NCBI RefSeq assembly: GCF_964204645.1
Contig: NC_134025.1
Location: 7,192,001-7,256,000 of the forward strand
Direction of reading: 5' to 3'
From: Tubulanus polymorphus
Lineage: Eukaryota > Animalia > Nemertea
DNA length: 64,000 nt
Shown here: positions 1 through 13,600 of the stretch, one piece after another
Layout: every line of letters starts with the position of its first letter
Position numbering within the stretch: the stretch's first letter is position 1
Program-made: the position numbers and the translations under genes
Notes under the pieces: generated by a model
What the model was told of the DNA's origin: nothing
The model's input: the letters and a program-made list of their open reading frames with translations, nothing else
The model's database searches: none

Positions 1-542
1 CTAAAATGAATGTTTCTGTCTGTCTTTCACTTTGTAAAGAGAACCGTGTTTTCGTGACTCAAAATTTGCCGGGCAGAACTCGATCGTAATGTACCCGATA
101 AAAAAGATCTCAGTATTAACCGAAAGCGACGATCATAGCCCAAAGCATACACAGTTTATTGGCAATCATTCAAAGAATCGCCGTTTACTTAATTCCCGAT
201 TCGCATTTATACACGACGCCAATGAAGGAACGCTTATAAAATTGGCTACAACGTGTATTACTTTTCTATATTCTCATCATATTCATTCGTTCATCCCGCA
301 GTTAAACTCTTACTCACCCCCCTGACGCGTACGTTATAACCGTGATAGTGACAGTGACAGGTTGTACCTGCAGCTCATGTCGAGGATACTTTTGTTATTT
401 CGCTAACCTAAAGCTACAATTCGCCGGCTAATTATCACCAATGAAAAAAAAGATTAGCCCAATTAAAGTAGGACGCCGCAGAAATATGAATATGATTTTT
501 GCACATTCCAGATAATTACGGAGATTCTGCGTAACTGATTAA

Positions 543-611
543 TCTCTCTCTTCCTCTTTCCCACTCCCTCTCTCCCTCCCGCCGCCTCTTCCTCCCTTTC
601 TCCCTCCCCTC
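543..611. repeat. Polypyrimidine/polypurine tract with G-quadruplex consensus on the minus strand
   Basis: An almost pure C/T run. The minus strand has seven runs of three or more G, including GGG A GGG AGAGA GGG AGT GGG. Confidence 0.8.
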
Positions 612-3600
612 GATTTGTAGTATATGAACCGATCGCAGCCATGGAAAAACAATTAACAAGCACCATATAGCGCGCATGATATACTCTCGCAAAGAACTCG
701 GGAAAGTGTTGTAAACCACCATTGATAAGCTTAACTCAAGAGTCGGGTTCCACTTCAGGGAAGCAATCGACACCTGTCGAGATCAAATTGACAAAAAAGT
801 TGAGGAAACCTTCTCTTTCGATAGAAGCTGCCAACATTCCACCGCGTAAACAAGCGACAACCCCAAGAGATAATACCTTTACATCCATATTCGCGTTGTA
901 CGACTATACTACAAATGTCGTGCAAGAAACTTATGTGAATTTGACCGCGCCGTAAGGCTCAAATAGAATCTGTACAACATCCATTTTTCTTCTCAACACT
1001 GATTGATGAATATCTCCGTGACACAAGTAGCCCCAAAGCCATCAGCTTACCCTCCAATTAATTATAAACATTTGATCGATCTTCGTTGACCATTTGCTGT
1101 GACATGATCATTAACCAGGCCTCGCGGGATCAGATAAGCCCGTTTAGACTTTTTAGTGCCACTCGCTGGGGACCGCAGCTTGTCAATAAAACTAAGTCTC
1201 TCGCGCTGATTTTTTGAAAGCGATTTCGCGCCGGACCCGTCACGGCACTGAAAAAGACCGACCTGTCAAGATATCGCATTACGGGAAACGAACTGTTTAA
1301 AGACGTTTAACGGCAATGCGATACATTTATCATAGTTCCCCCTGACAACACGCGGGTAAATGTCGATAAGCGATTCCATTGGTCAATGCCTGCAACTGAA
1401 CTCACCAGAGAACGAGATGCAATCATAACTGATAATACGTTGCGGGTTTTTCACTTTAAAGATTCCCAATATCGGAACGGTCCCAGCGCAGGGAAATCAT
1501 TAGTAGGGTAACGTAGTAATTTCATAGTATTCGGACTACGTGAGAGACCGCGGAGTGAGTCAGTGATCGGGGTTCTAACGATCAATCAATCGCACCGAGC
1601 TGGGCTTATCGAATGGCCGCCATTGAATAGCCGGATAATTGATAACAGTACGAATTAGTGGCCCCGATATCGTTCATAAAACGTAATTAACTTATCGCTG
1701 AGCTTACGATTGTTACTGATACGGCGCGATGCTCCGATTGATTTACATCGAGAGCGCACCGCCATTGTCGTCTGTTTGTAATCGCTATCAACTACCGGCC
1801 AACGACAATTTCTCTTCAGCGAACATGACCCCGAACCAACCCTATACAATTCAGTAAACTAATGGAAGCCCGAAGCGAAGCGATTGATATTTAATTTCCA
1901 AAAAGAAAAAAAAACTTGTATAGATTGTTTCACCGGTCGATTATGAGTAAGCAGACGATCTGAGGTCAGCGCGGTTGGAGATGGTCAACCAGGAGGGCCA
2001 GGTGATGTTGCATTAAAACAATCAATGCTGTACATGACAGATCATTCACGCTGAACCACAAGAGATTTGACACATGAAAAAGATCGCACGCTTAGAATCG
2101 ACGCACGTTATTCCCACTCGATAATAAAAGTACGAAGTGTAACTAACAATTCATAACACGTGGTTCACTTTATCCAAGAAGATCGAAGAAAGCCAGGGCC
2201 GGTTTTATAGACTGGTTGTAACTTAAACCACAGACCTTGATAATCCAACAATTTGACTCGAGAATTCTAAATGCGATGATTACGAAATAGTATGTTTCCT
2301 TATAAAACGCTTCCCTGGGAAACAAAAATCAATTATAGTCAACTGTGAATGTTTATCAGTTTACACAATACTCATATTCCATTCTAGCGACAACGTATCA
2401 GCAATAATAACCCAAGATGTACTTGCGATTTAATTGCGGCAAAACGTAAATAACGGAAGTCTGCGCTACCTAATAGGGAAACTTAAAGCGCGAATGAGTC
2501 ATAGAAGTGGTGAAGCTGAGAGGTTTTGAAAGTGACAGGTAAGAAGGAAAGGGATCCTCGACATTGAGTAGTGTTTCCAAGGGCTTGGTACACGTACCCG
2601 GAATAGACGTTTGTCAACTGACTAGCTTACAACAACAGGTATCTAGTGAAATGGTATCTTTGTTGTTCTCTTAGAAGGTGTTGCGACACATTAAATAAAG
2701 AATTCTCGCATTCTCACTTACGTTACATCAAAAGTTATTTGAATCTCAAATTCAGTTCGGAAAGTTACGTTTTAGTGACATCTAGACAACAGGGAAAACA
2801 TTTAAAAGAATCGTCTTGTTTTATTCACGAGCAGTACGTGTACTGCCGGTCGGGATGTTTCCAGGGGCTAATAATATGGTATAACCGTATGGTAATTATT
2901 CGATACCGATCATTGCTCATTACTTTTCAATTATTCACTTTCACCGGCGCTAATAAAACCCAGTGAAACTATGCTGGCGGGTACAGTCGACGGCCAACAC
3001 ACGAATGACCACGATATGCCATTAAAACCCGACGATTCATCAAACCAAATCCATACACGCGCTTACGACGATAAAATGAAAAATCTTAATCGCGTAATTT
3101 ATCGACATTTAAATTCCCCGTCTGACAGCGTCGGCTTTTAACCGCAAGCAAAGATCGTATCACCTGCAGATAACTTGTCAGTCACATTCTATACATACAT
3201 TTGATGTTCGATACTACAGTATTCACACGATTAAAACAACTAATACATTTCGAATCTTAGCTAACGAGCTTTTGTTTTAGAAATATACCGCAAAAACTAC
3301 TTGAAGTGTAGAATGAATTAGAAGCGACGCTTTAGATATTTTCCCGGCAGCGACGATGAATTTGATTAATTCTCGAGATATTGCGGAAATTCAATTAATT
3401 ACCGAAATAAGCGCACGATTTCGTAGTATTCGACAAAACGAGACGATGATATCAGATTCTAAAATCCGAATTAAAACTGACTCGTATTTAAGCGCGTCCG
3501 GAGTGGAATGATAATTTTGCGTTAGTATTTGATACGATCCTATTGATTAGAAGTTAATCTTCTTCCATTCCAATATCGAGTGCTTAGCGCTGTTAAATGG

Positions 3601-4573
3601 ACCGTCCATAAACACAAGTTTGGATTACCGATGCGTATATTATGCCGAGTACCGCGTGACGTCACCAAGACTAGCTCCCAGGGTTGCCATATCTTCTAAA
3701 CTATATCAAACGCTGTATCCGTTAGCAACCGCATCGTTCAGTCCCAACAAAACTAATCGCGTTGGCCAAACTTTACGCAATCTATAGTAAACTCAAACGG
3801 AGCGGTTGAATGCAATTTAAACGATGTTTCGCGTAGGTGGAATTTACACAAGAATAGACGAGAACCAACGTCAACAGTCATCAACGCAGTTTGATTCGTT
3901 TCAGATAAACTTTTAATGAAAAATAGAACAAAACGCAACGCAGTCTAAGAGAAATTTAGCGCTTTAAATAAGTCATTATGTTCTCCCCATAGTAGCATAT
4001 AGGTAAACGAAATTTAATAGCTAAATTCAATGGCTATGACTGTTTTGTGACAAAAGAGCGCCATTAATGGAAAGAAAATAGTTCATTAGGTTGACTCCTT
4101 AGTTATCGGTAACGTAGAAATCTTGATTTGGACACATTGAACGCAGTGACGTAACGATTATGCAGGGCAAGGAGTCGGTGACTGAAACATATCAAAATTC
4201 ATTATGAAAACAAAACACGGCTGCGGGTGCTCGACTAAATGTTCTCAGTCAGTGGCTGAGCCAGATAAAACGGAAGCAAGTCCCTTTTCAGAGGATTACA
4301 CGGACTTCGTGTAAGAAGACAACTACGTTAACTGAGTCATTTGGAAAAAGTCTAATCCGTCTTTTAACCGTCTTTTGGTCTTATGTGTCTACAGAACCAT
4401 GATCGGTATATCATAATGTACCGTGTTGTAAACCCAGTAAAAACCAAAATCCATATGTATTCATGCTAACTTGAAATGACGAAACAATAACGTTTCTAAT
4501 GATGTTTGAATACCCTTTTGTTGTTGAATGTACGCATCTTATTAATTGTAACTATAAACGGCTTTATGAAATC

Positions 4574-4635
4574 AGCGTGGCTGAGTGGGGACGATTGTGG
4601 ACGGTGGTTCAAAGATCGAATCCTCGCATGGCTGG
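4574..4635 (+). mobile_element. Degenerate tRNA-like head (SINE remnant)
   Basis: A-box TGGCTGAGTGG (4578-4588) and B-box-like AGATCGAATCC (4613-4623). It does not fold into a full cloverleaf. Confidence 0.4.
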
Positions 4636-7600
4636 CCGATCGATGATTTAAACTCGGTAATCTGCGTTTCTATGTTTTTCTAAAATTGCCTTATTATAGA
4701 AACAAACAGCTAAGCGATCAATTTTCACTTCTTTCAACGATTTTTGTTATATGACAATGAACGACGATACCATTTAGATTGCATCTACCAAAGAGACAAG
4801 ACAAGTCGCCGACTGTTTACCGTTTGAAATTTTCCAACTGTTCCCAATGACAAGAGAAAATAGCGCGTGTGACACATGACGATATTAATACGATCCCGGG
4901 AGACACCGAGTGCGCATGAAATTATTTCTTTTCTGTCGTATGAATAAACAACGAGCAATAAATCAAATCATTGATCAGCGAAATCCGACGGAATTTCAAA
5001 CTTTCAAGAATCACCATAAATCCACAACGGACTTCGAGACTTCCACACCGCGGATTTCTTGACATCGCTCCGCGCGACGCGGTCGCTGTTATATGGAATA
5101 TTCGAATGAGATGCGTTCATTTTTCTTCATAATCATATTTTGTCGTCCGCTTTGAAAGTCGGATCGCGAGGAAAGCATCGTCTTCGTAATGAAATCATAT
5201 ACTCGAAATGTAAAATATCGTTCGTAGCCGGAACAGAAATGGCAGAACATCCATAACCACGTTAGACAACACTATACTCGAACTCGGAGAAAATTTCGGC
5301 GTGGACAAGCAAACAAATTATATTCAATCAAATTATCCGAGTCCGTGAACTGGTGTCAGCTTAAACTCCTTCTTCTATTTCTGGAAGTCTAATTGATTCT
5401 CACGAGTTCATTTCGAATCGAACCTCGGTACTCATGAGTCCATACTGCATGTATTTAATGAGTTCAGTCGTTGCTATCTAATGCATGGACCACGAGGGAC
5501 TGGCTTCAAATCACAGATTTAGTACCATATAGAAACAAAGGAGGCCCCCAATTATACTGATAATCTTAATGAGCTTCGTCAGTTATTGTCACAAATCTAT
5601 ATATTCGAATAAGTATGAAATAATTGTTCATTGGGGGAAATCTGGAAACTTAATTTTGGCAATCATTCAGTCCTGAAGCGTATTACCGCGCGTCGAAGTA
5701 ATTACAACCGAACACAAAAACAGCTAATTGAGAAAAATCGACGAAACGCAATCACTGCCGGAGCTCAAGAATGATTAAGATCGTCTTAACTTGTGATTCC
5801 CCGGGTGAGAGCGAATGTGACTGAGTAAACCGGGTAACTTCCTGTTATTTGCTGATAACATTAGCTTTAATCACAGATAACTCTTACCACTAAATCTCTA
5901 CCCTTATTTCTAGCGGCAGTAGACGAGTCTACGCTGAAGATTTTAATTTTCGATGCGTAATTTCGTTCCGATTGAACTGCACACAAAACAATCTTATTAG
6001 TTGATTACAACCAGATTAACGTTAATGTGGGACAATACAAATCCCAAACTGAAAACGTACAGGCATAAAATATAGAGCCCAGACAAAGCTCGTTGGGGAA
6101 CAAGTAAATGCCATTTAAACTGATAAATAGAAATATGAGGGTGGCGATTTGCTTTTTTTTGCCTGACTATTTACTGATATATAAGTTGTTCTCCCTGACT
6201 TAACCCGCTAAGAACCCTATCAATTAACAGAGGAAATGCGTAAAACGTAGACATAAACCGTATGGTTATATACGCGGTCTTACTCGATCGAACCCTGAAT
6301 TTGCTAAAGAAATGAAAGTTTCCTGTGTTATTCCTAATTTCCAGGTAAGTTACCACCCTGGTTCCAGTCCATCGTCTCAAGACGCTTGGTTTTCTAAACG
6401 AGCCTGTTTATGGCGCGCTGTAAAAAAATTCATCGTCGCAACGAACTGCGGTTGTTTACAGCCGTAAATGAGTTTTATTAATTTTGCGGTAATGATTTAC
6501 ATTAAACCTCCTCGTTCCGAGCAATAAACAATTAAACTGGTTCCGACTCCTTTGTCTCGGGCAGACATCATAAACCAACTACGAGACAGTGTTATGAGTC
6601 GAGAAGTAAGTCACCTAACCACTGTCATGCTATGAAGCAGTATTCACACGAACTCATCTCACCATAGACTACCAAATATATATTTTGGATTCTCAGGAAG
6701 GCAACGAAAATCGAACTAACCCTCAAGGAACTGGGGATAATTGATTTAAAACTGCGAGTTCTTTCGATTGGTCCCATTATAAGTATTGCCGCTTTTGCGT
6801 TACCCACGCGGATTTGATAGGCTTGTTCTCCGAAACAGGGTCTACATAGCCAAAGGTTTCGAAAGAATCAACGATGAGTCGCGTATTATACACTATTAAC
6901 ATCGATGTATACTCAAAGACAGGGAGAGATAAATTATTCCACCGGGAAGGGCTCTATACCTTGCGAACACTCGACTTCGGAAAGTCATAATAACTCGGTA
7001 AATCTAGCTTTTTCCCAACACGATGCCGAGAGAGCCCTCACCTCGCCATATCGTTAATACAACGTCCATCAGCGTAATGACCATACTGGACACAGGGACA
7101 AATTACATTATATTAATATGGATTGTCAGGTTCGGGTAACACCTATGTTGTATCGACATCGAGAACCAGTTACTGATAAGACTAACGGGTACGATAAATC
7201 TGTATCAGAGTCTAACAAACGGCATTTATCGCCGACATTTATGGCTTAACCGGATCAGGATGGGTGAACCGTGCGGTGGACATCGAATTTATGTCATGAG
7301 CTGCGTGTCTTCTTGATCGCTGATACAACAGAGACCAGTGCAGCTCGTAAAGCCCAAAACGCCTGACTTACGTTCGCAGCCCATTTTCATAGACTAGCCA
7401 TGGAAACATGTACTGAAGAAAAACTGCCACCTATGTCCGATGTCATGTCGCTTTCGTAATGTTAATCAATACTAGTTTAAGAAATAAGCCTACGGTAAAA
7501 GTTTATTGTGCCCAGTACTATGGTCTAAGAATTTGTTTCTGATATTGTATAACATGTTGCATTGTTTTTTCGCTCTAAGCAAATGTACTTCTGTGAGCAA

Positions 7601-10600
7601 TAAAAATATATTCTACATATGCTAAGCTTATTCCGACCCTCTAGTCAATATGATGATCTAAGACGTGGCCTAGAACCCGTATATACATGACCGCCTGATA
7701 CAAATCCTCACCTTAGATTTAGATCCACGATCCCAAAAGATAATATCAATATTCCGATATTCCATATTCGCGCGCGCCAAGAAAATAATAATTCACAATA
7801 GCTGAAAGAAATTCTCACTGCGCGATGAAAGTTAGACTCAGTAACGGTTAAAAGATGCATTACGTGATTATTATGCCGTATACGTATTAATACACCTGCT
7901 TTGTAATTTTACCAGATGAGCGCGCGGGCCTGAAAAGATACGCTTTTTATGCCATTTAAAACTAAATGTTTTTGTTTAACGCCGTTTGCTTTGCGTAAAC
8001 AGCGAGCAGGATTTAAATGTAAATATTTTTTGCACTCGTACTCGGCTACTTAAGCCCACCAAGGCATCGGTAGAATACGCAGTATGCATGCAACGACTTT
8101 TGAAATCGATCTACCCTATTTGAATACTTCATGACTTCGTTTGAATGTTTTGTTTTTGCATATCTACAGATATTCTAGGGGTGAATATAGAATATTTCAT
8201 CTTCGTATCACGAATGTGTAATGCAAATCGCGTATATTATACGTCAATGTAGAAGGACAAGAACTACATGCAAAAAGCAACAGTGCGTGACAAAGCACGA
8301 AGCTTTGACCATAAGCGCAGAAACAATGCTATTACCGAGCCAATTATTTCGTATGATGGGAATTTTCCATGCTCCATAAATCGCCGAAGCGCTGTGGGGA
8401 GAAGCGTTCCGAACGATGACAGCCCGTGTCGAAGGTTCATCGTTTTTAATCAGAACGACGGCCAATATTAGAAAACTACCGGCGACCGAAGCAGCCACCA
8501 CGCAGGTTTCCATATACATGTACATTAGCGCCTCGGTAACGTCCGGAGACGTTACGCCGTTCCGTTTCAAACGACGCTCTCTTCGCCGTGGCCGCTGATG
8601 AATTAATGGAACTTCTGCTAGAGTAGCTGGCTACTCACATAGTACAAATGCTGATTGTCCGTCTTGATTGCCTTGTCGGAACAAGTCATAGCCACCAATT
8701 AATTTCTTAATAATGCGGCTACACGACATACCATCAACCATCGCCACAGCAGCGAGCCACGCGCACTTAGCTGGTCACCAGTTTTATTGCATTGATAGTG
8801 AAAGATTTAAAAAAAACGCCACCCGCATCACAATTCAAGATCTTCCCTCGCATAAGCTTTCCCATATCAAACTTACACACCCAGTTTGTCTATATATACA
8901 AACTATTTATAAATCGTTGATTTGATTAATTTAAAGATATTTCGCGCTTTCTCCACGAAACGAGAGATCAATCAATAGCGATACAACATTGTACATATAC
9001 CGCCATACATATACCTAAACTGACACAATAACACAAGCGAATATTACTGAGATAGAAGATCTGTGCATTTTCTCTGCTTTCTTTCCTTGAGTTTGGAATC
9101 AAATCTTTTGAGATATTTTAGGGCTATAGCTAAGACTAAATATTGCCCGGCTTACTCTTAATCATAAAGACTGATTTATATTCGTATGGTGGCCATCTTT
9201 ATATGCGATGATCGGACAGTTTGTCGTATCAATCACTTAACACATATACACATCAGCAACAGCAATAATAATGCATTGAACAAATATTTACCATGACATC
9301 TTCACATTAATTCAGACGTGGGGCAAGTAGAAAAACGATACTCGCTGGTCTCTGCACGATATTGAATATAATGAGCTCAGGCAAATGTCATCAATTCAGT
9401 CATGCATCCATAAAGAGAACGACCGAGAAGATTCTATCTTGTTCTCTGAACGTGGCGAGTTTAGGAGAATGGGTTGAACTTTTTAGGTGAGCTTTCGATT
9501 GGACTTGAGTTGTTTGATTAGTTTTAAGATTTCTCGCCTGGGCACCGCGAAAAAATTGATAGATTTCTCAGTAGTAAATCATAGTTATTGAGAACTGTGT
9601 AGTAAATGAGTTTTATCATTATTACTACTGCATCCAATTGAAAATGTATTTTCTAATAAGCGACGACAAACTTCCGACGACGTATTTTTGACGAACAATG
9701 CGATGGTATATTACATGTTTGCACAGGTAATGAAAGGCCTTTTATCCTGTTTAACGAATCGATCTCGCGGATGGACTCATGCCGTTAAGAAAATTGACTC
9801 TCAGCTTTCAGACTGTTGCCCTTAGTAATTATGAACGTTCATTTCCTATTTCAATACGGTGCCATTTACCGAGTTATACGCAGTTCTTGGGTTTATATAG
9901 TGGGTTCACGTGCTTACTCAGAAGTTTTCAATAGGGTTTGTGCGTTTTTAAAGCAAAACTTGGGGTGAATATCTAAACCGTTGAATTACGGATAAAGATA
10001 AGGCTTTAACTAACCAAATAAGCGAAGTACCTATCAACGGAAAATGTAATTGCGTAAAGGAGCTAATTCGCTACGTTTGAAATGTTTTCTCAGTCTCGAC
10101 GCGGCATTAACGAGTAATGGCACCTTAACGTTTTTACGCTCGCCGGTTTCGTCGTGTACAGGATGCGCGAGCAGCTTTCCTTTCGTTTTGCAGCAGATCA
10201 AAGACGCGCTACGGCAGTTCAAAGTCATTAAGTTTCACCCGAGGTGACGCGATCAACGGTGGCCACTTACCCGTCGTATTGCGCCACGGAACCCGTACAA
10301 CCTCTCAGTCGACTCGATCCAATTTATCAGCCAACCGTACCTTATATAACGTGTCATATCTGATCGATTTATGTTGGCATCATCCCCCGGAGATTCGTGG
10401 GCCTTCGTTTGACACTCTGACGTTTTGACATCGTAGACGTGTCGCCGGGCTTCCAAGGTGTGCGTAATATTAACGCTGACAGGTAATAACTTTGATACAG
10501 TAATGACGCCGGCACTGGCAAGCGAGTGTGGTTTTTACTAGTGACCACGTGACTCACGTTGAGTTTCTCTCTCAAGTCGAATTTAAAGATGACGATGATG

Positions 10601-13600
10601 ATTTTAATCGAATAAACGATCAATGACTTCAAACCTGATTCAATTAAATACATTAGAAATGCATGCCTTGATTACGGCAAGCATTAGAGTCCCGAGTACA
10701 CCGCAAAAACCTTCTGATGTTTTCAAACGTTTGAATAATCAGATTTTCATACGGAAGTGAAAAACAACTAACGGTGAATCTAATGAAATACGCCCGCATA
10801 CTCTGAACCAAGTACCCAGTTAGGTTTTTCACAAAAGTGTCTTCGCAATTCCTGGAAGATTCAAGGGTATAAGCGGTTTCAAATACGTCATCAACCTTAA
10901 ATCTACAATTTCAACCCGAGGTAATACGAAACTGAAATTAGACGCCAGCATGTTTTTCTAGTCAACTTTCCATCGCAATTTTTCTTGGAAGATCCTAATA
11001 AAGAAAGCAGTTGGTATTCATATTTGTTATTTCGCAATGAAGATTCGTCGACTGCAGTTATGGCGATAAAATCATAAGCAAATTAGTGAACCCGGGCACA
11101 TTATTCGATGTCCTCGGTCGGTGACATCGATGAACCCAGCAGCATACGGACGGATAGAACGATTTACTCAGCTGCGCGATAACCTTCTCAAGGGACTGAA
11201 AAGATATTCTGACCAACTCACACCTCGCTCAATCCAGTATCGCTGGCGCTTTATTAAATGCGGATCTCTCTCGAATATGAAACGGATCTCGAGGTCTGAG
11301 TCGGTTTATCCCCGATGCGCGCTACACCGCGTAATAAGACGACTATTTTGTCATTCGGACGTGTGAATAATTAATTTAGCTAACATCTCCAGGTACAATG
11401 AATCGAAACGGATACAGCACGGTAGCCCGTTCAAGGGTACGATAATTAATATTTGCATAGCACGAATCCATCTCACTTTTCAGACCAAACAAAATTCTTG
11501 CCAGTTATTATGGATATTCCGCATCACTCTCTAATTCAATCTAGTTATGCATTGGTCATTTTGTGGTCCTTCTCAGAAGAAGAGGGACATATCGTACACA
11601 TAAACGCGAGATCTTAATGATTCGCTTTTTCAAAAGAATCGTTTTCTGATTCCACGCCGTATAAAGAAATGTTTCATTTGTGAAATGAATTCCATTCGAT
11701 CTCGGCTTGATGTGTAGATGTGTTGTAAATTTGAGGGGTTTCAATAAATCAAAGCGAAATAACCACGTTTCGAGAGACGATCAAACAAAACCGATTTCGA
11801 GTTTGCGCACGTACGGAGTTTATAAATTATCGTACGAAACTAGAAAATATGAATGTTGTCAGAAAAATGAACAGTTAAGCGTTATGAATGACTACAGCTC
11901 ACAAGAAGTATCAAACAGACATAAATCATTATATTTTGTCTGGATTTTATGTCTCGTATGTGATGCACAAGCGAGATTTCAGAAAAAGACGACTTTCTTA
12001 GATAAAAAGTATTCAGTCTAGCTGCAGGCTGATCACGCAAAATTCTAAATATTGCCGCGCAGAATTAGCCTTAAGACGTTTGGTTTTCTACACTCGACCA
12101 AATAAAGACTATCTTCTTTTAGCAGCAGTTCAGATTGGAGCTGTGACACTTTTACGAGTCTCGCGGGAACGAGTGGCTTTTGGCTCCGTACTTTCATACA
12201 GTAATCAAGCTACGTCAACTTGACAGCGGTTGAAGAAATCAAGGGTTCGTCGCCTATACGCCTCGCAGGCTTTCGAGTCGCAGTGTATAAGTCGCCTCGT
12301 CGGAAAACAGTAGCTTTTTAAAAACCGCTTCATTATTTCACGAAATCCTACCCTTACATTCTGAAATCACTCAGACCTTACACTGTTCCTGAGTGTGAAA
12401 TTATTATGAGCACGAATGAATGTTTTCCCAATTTCCCCCAAAGGGCCGATATTCATCCCGTAATGGAACATCCGCGGGCGTTAAAAAGTAATCGGTCTAT
12501 TTTTTTTTCATGTCAAAACAGTTCGATATCTTTGGAAACAATTTTCATTCACCGGTTAGCGATGCGTCGATAAAGAAATATCCGTATGTAAAGCGTTGTG
12601 TCAATATTCGTTCAAGAGATTGAAACGATTCTGAAATATATACACGTGAATATAAATACACGTTTAGTCACATGCCCTTTAGCGAAGTTTCGTATTTTTA
12701 GCACCCAATATATACCCTGAATTGAACTTTAATTATATTTCCGATCTCAGAAATCTTGTATACTGATGATTTGACAAAAGACGTAAAATTGAGCAATACA
12801 AAGAACGAAAATTATGACGTCAAGTTTTCACAATTTGATTCAGTCCACCAGAATTTCAGTAAACCATGAGCAAAATATTCCTTTGCGCACCGCATATGCG
12901 TATCACGGATTAAAGGATTTTGGAATAAAAGGGTTAAAAAAGTTACCGCTTATTCTAACCGCAAAAATCTACGCGGGAACATCTGCCTATAGGTGAAAAC
13001 AATTACTCGACTAGCAGCTCACACAATCGACAGAGTTTATATCACGCTGAGACGGAAGCAGAGAACTTAGTGCAAACATAATTTTCTAATTTTTGAAGAA
13101 AAACATCGTAATTGACGACTTCGCATAGTAATTCGCGTTGCGTACGAGATTGTGTAATAGGATTTGAACACACAAGTTAAAGCGCGTCTTTTGAGATCTT
13201 TTGGTTGAGGATTTTTGCATTCAAATTATAATTCACACGAGTGGCTTCTGTTCCCAAAAATAAGTATATACATGGAATCAAATCCCAAATCGAATCTCAT
13301 TACCGAAGTTCTTCTCTCAAATCTGTATTGATGGGGGCTAATAATATACTATCTGAGTCATTATATCCCAGGTTAAGTATGATGATTCTCGAGATGAAGA
13401 TAAAGTATCGAAGAGGAAATATCCATGATGATAATGATGATGACGATGATACGCGTGCTTACAAGTTACATTATCACCACATACTCGTCGCCGCGCAATA
13501 AGAGTGCGTTCACTCGTGGGACGCGTCGTTTCATTTTGGAACATTACAAAATACACCCCAGAGTACTATGCGCGAAGTAGCCTGAGCGCGGGCTTGTAGT

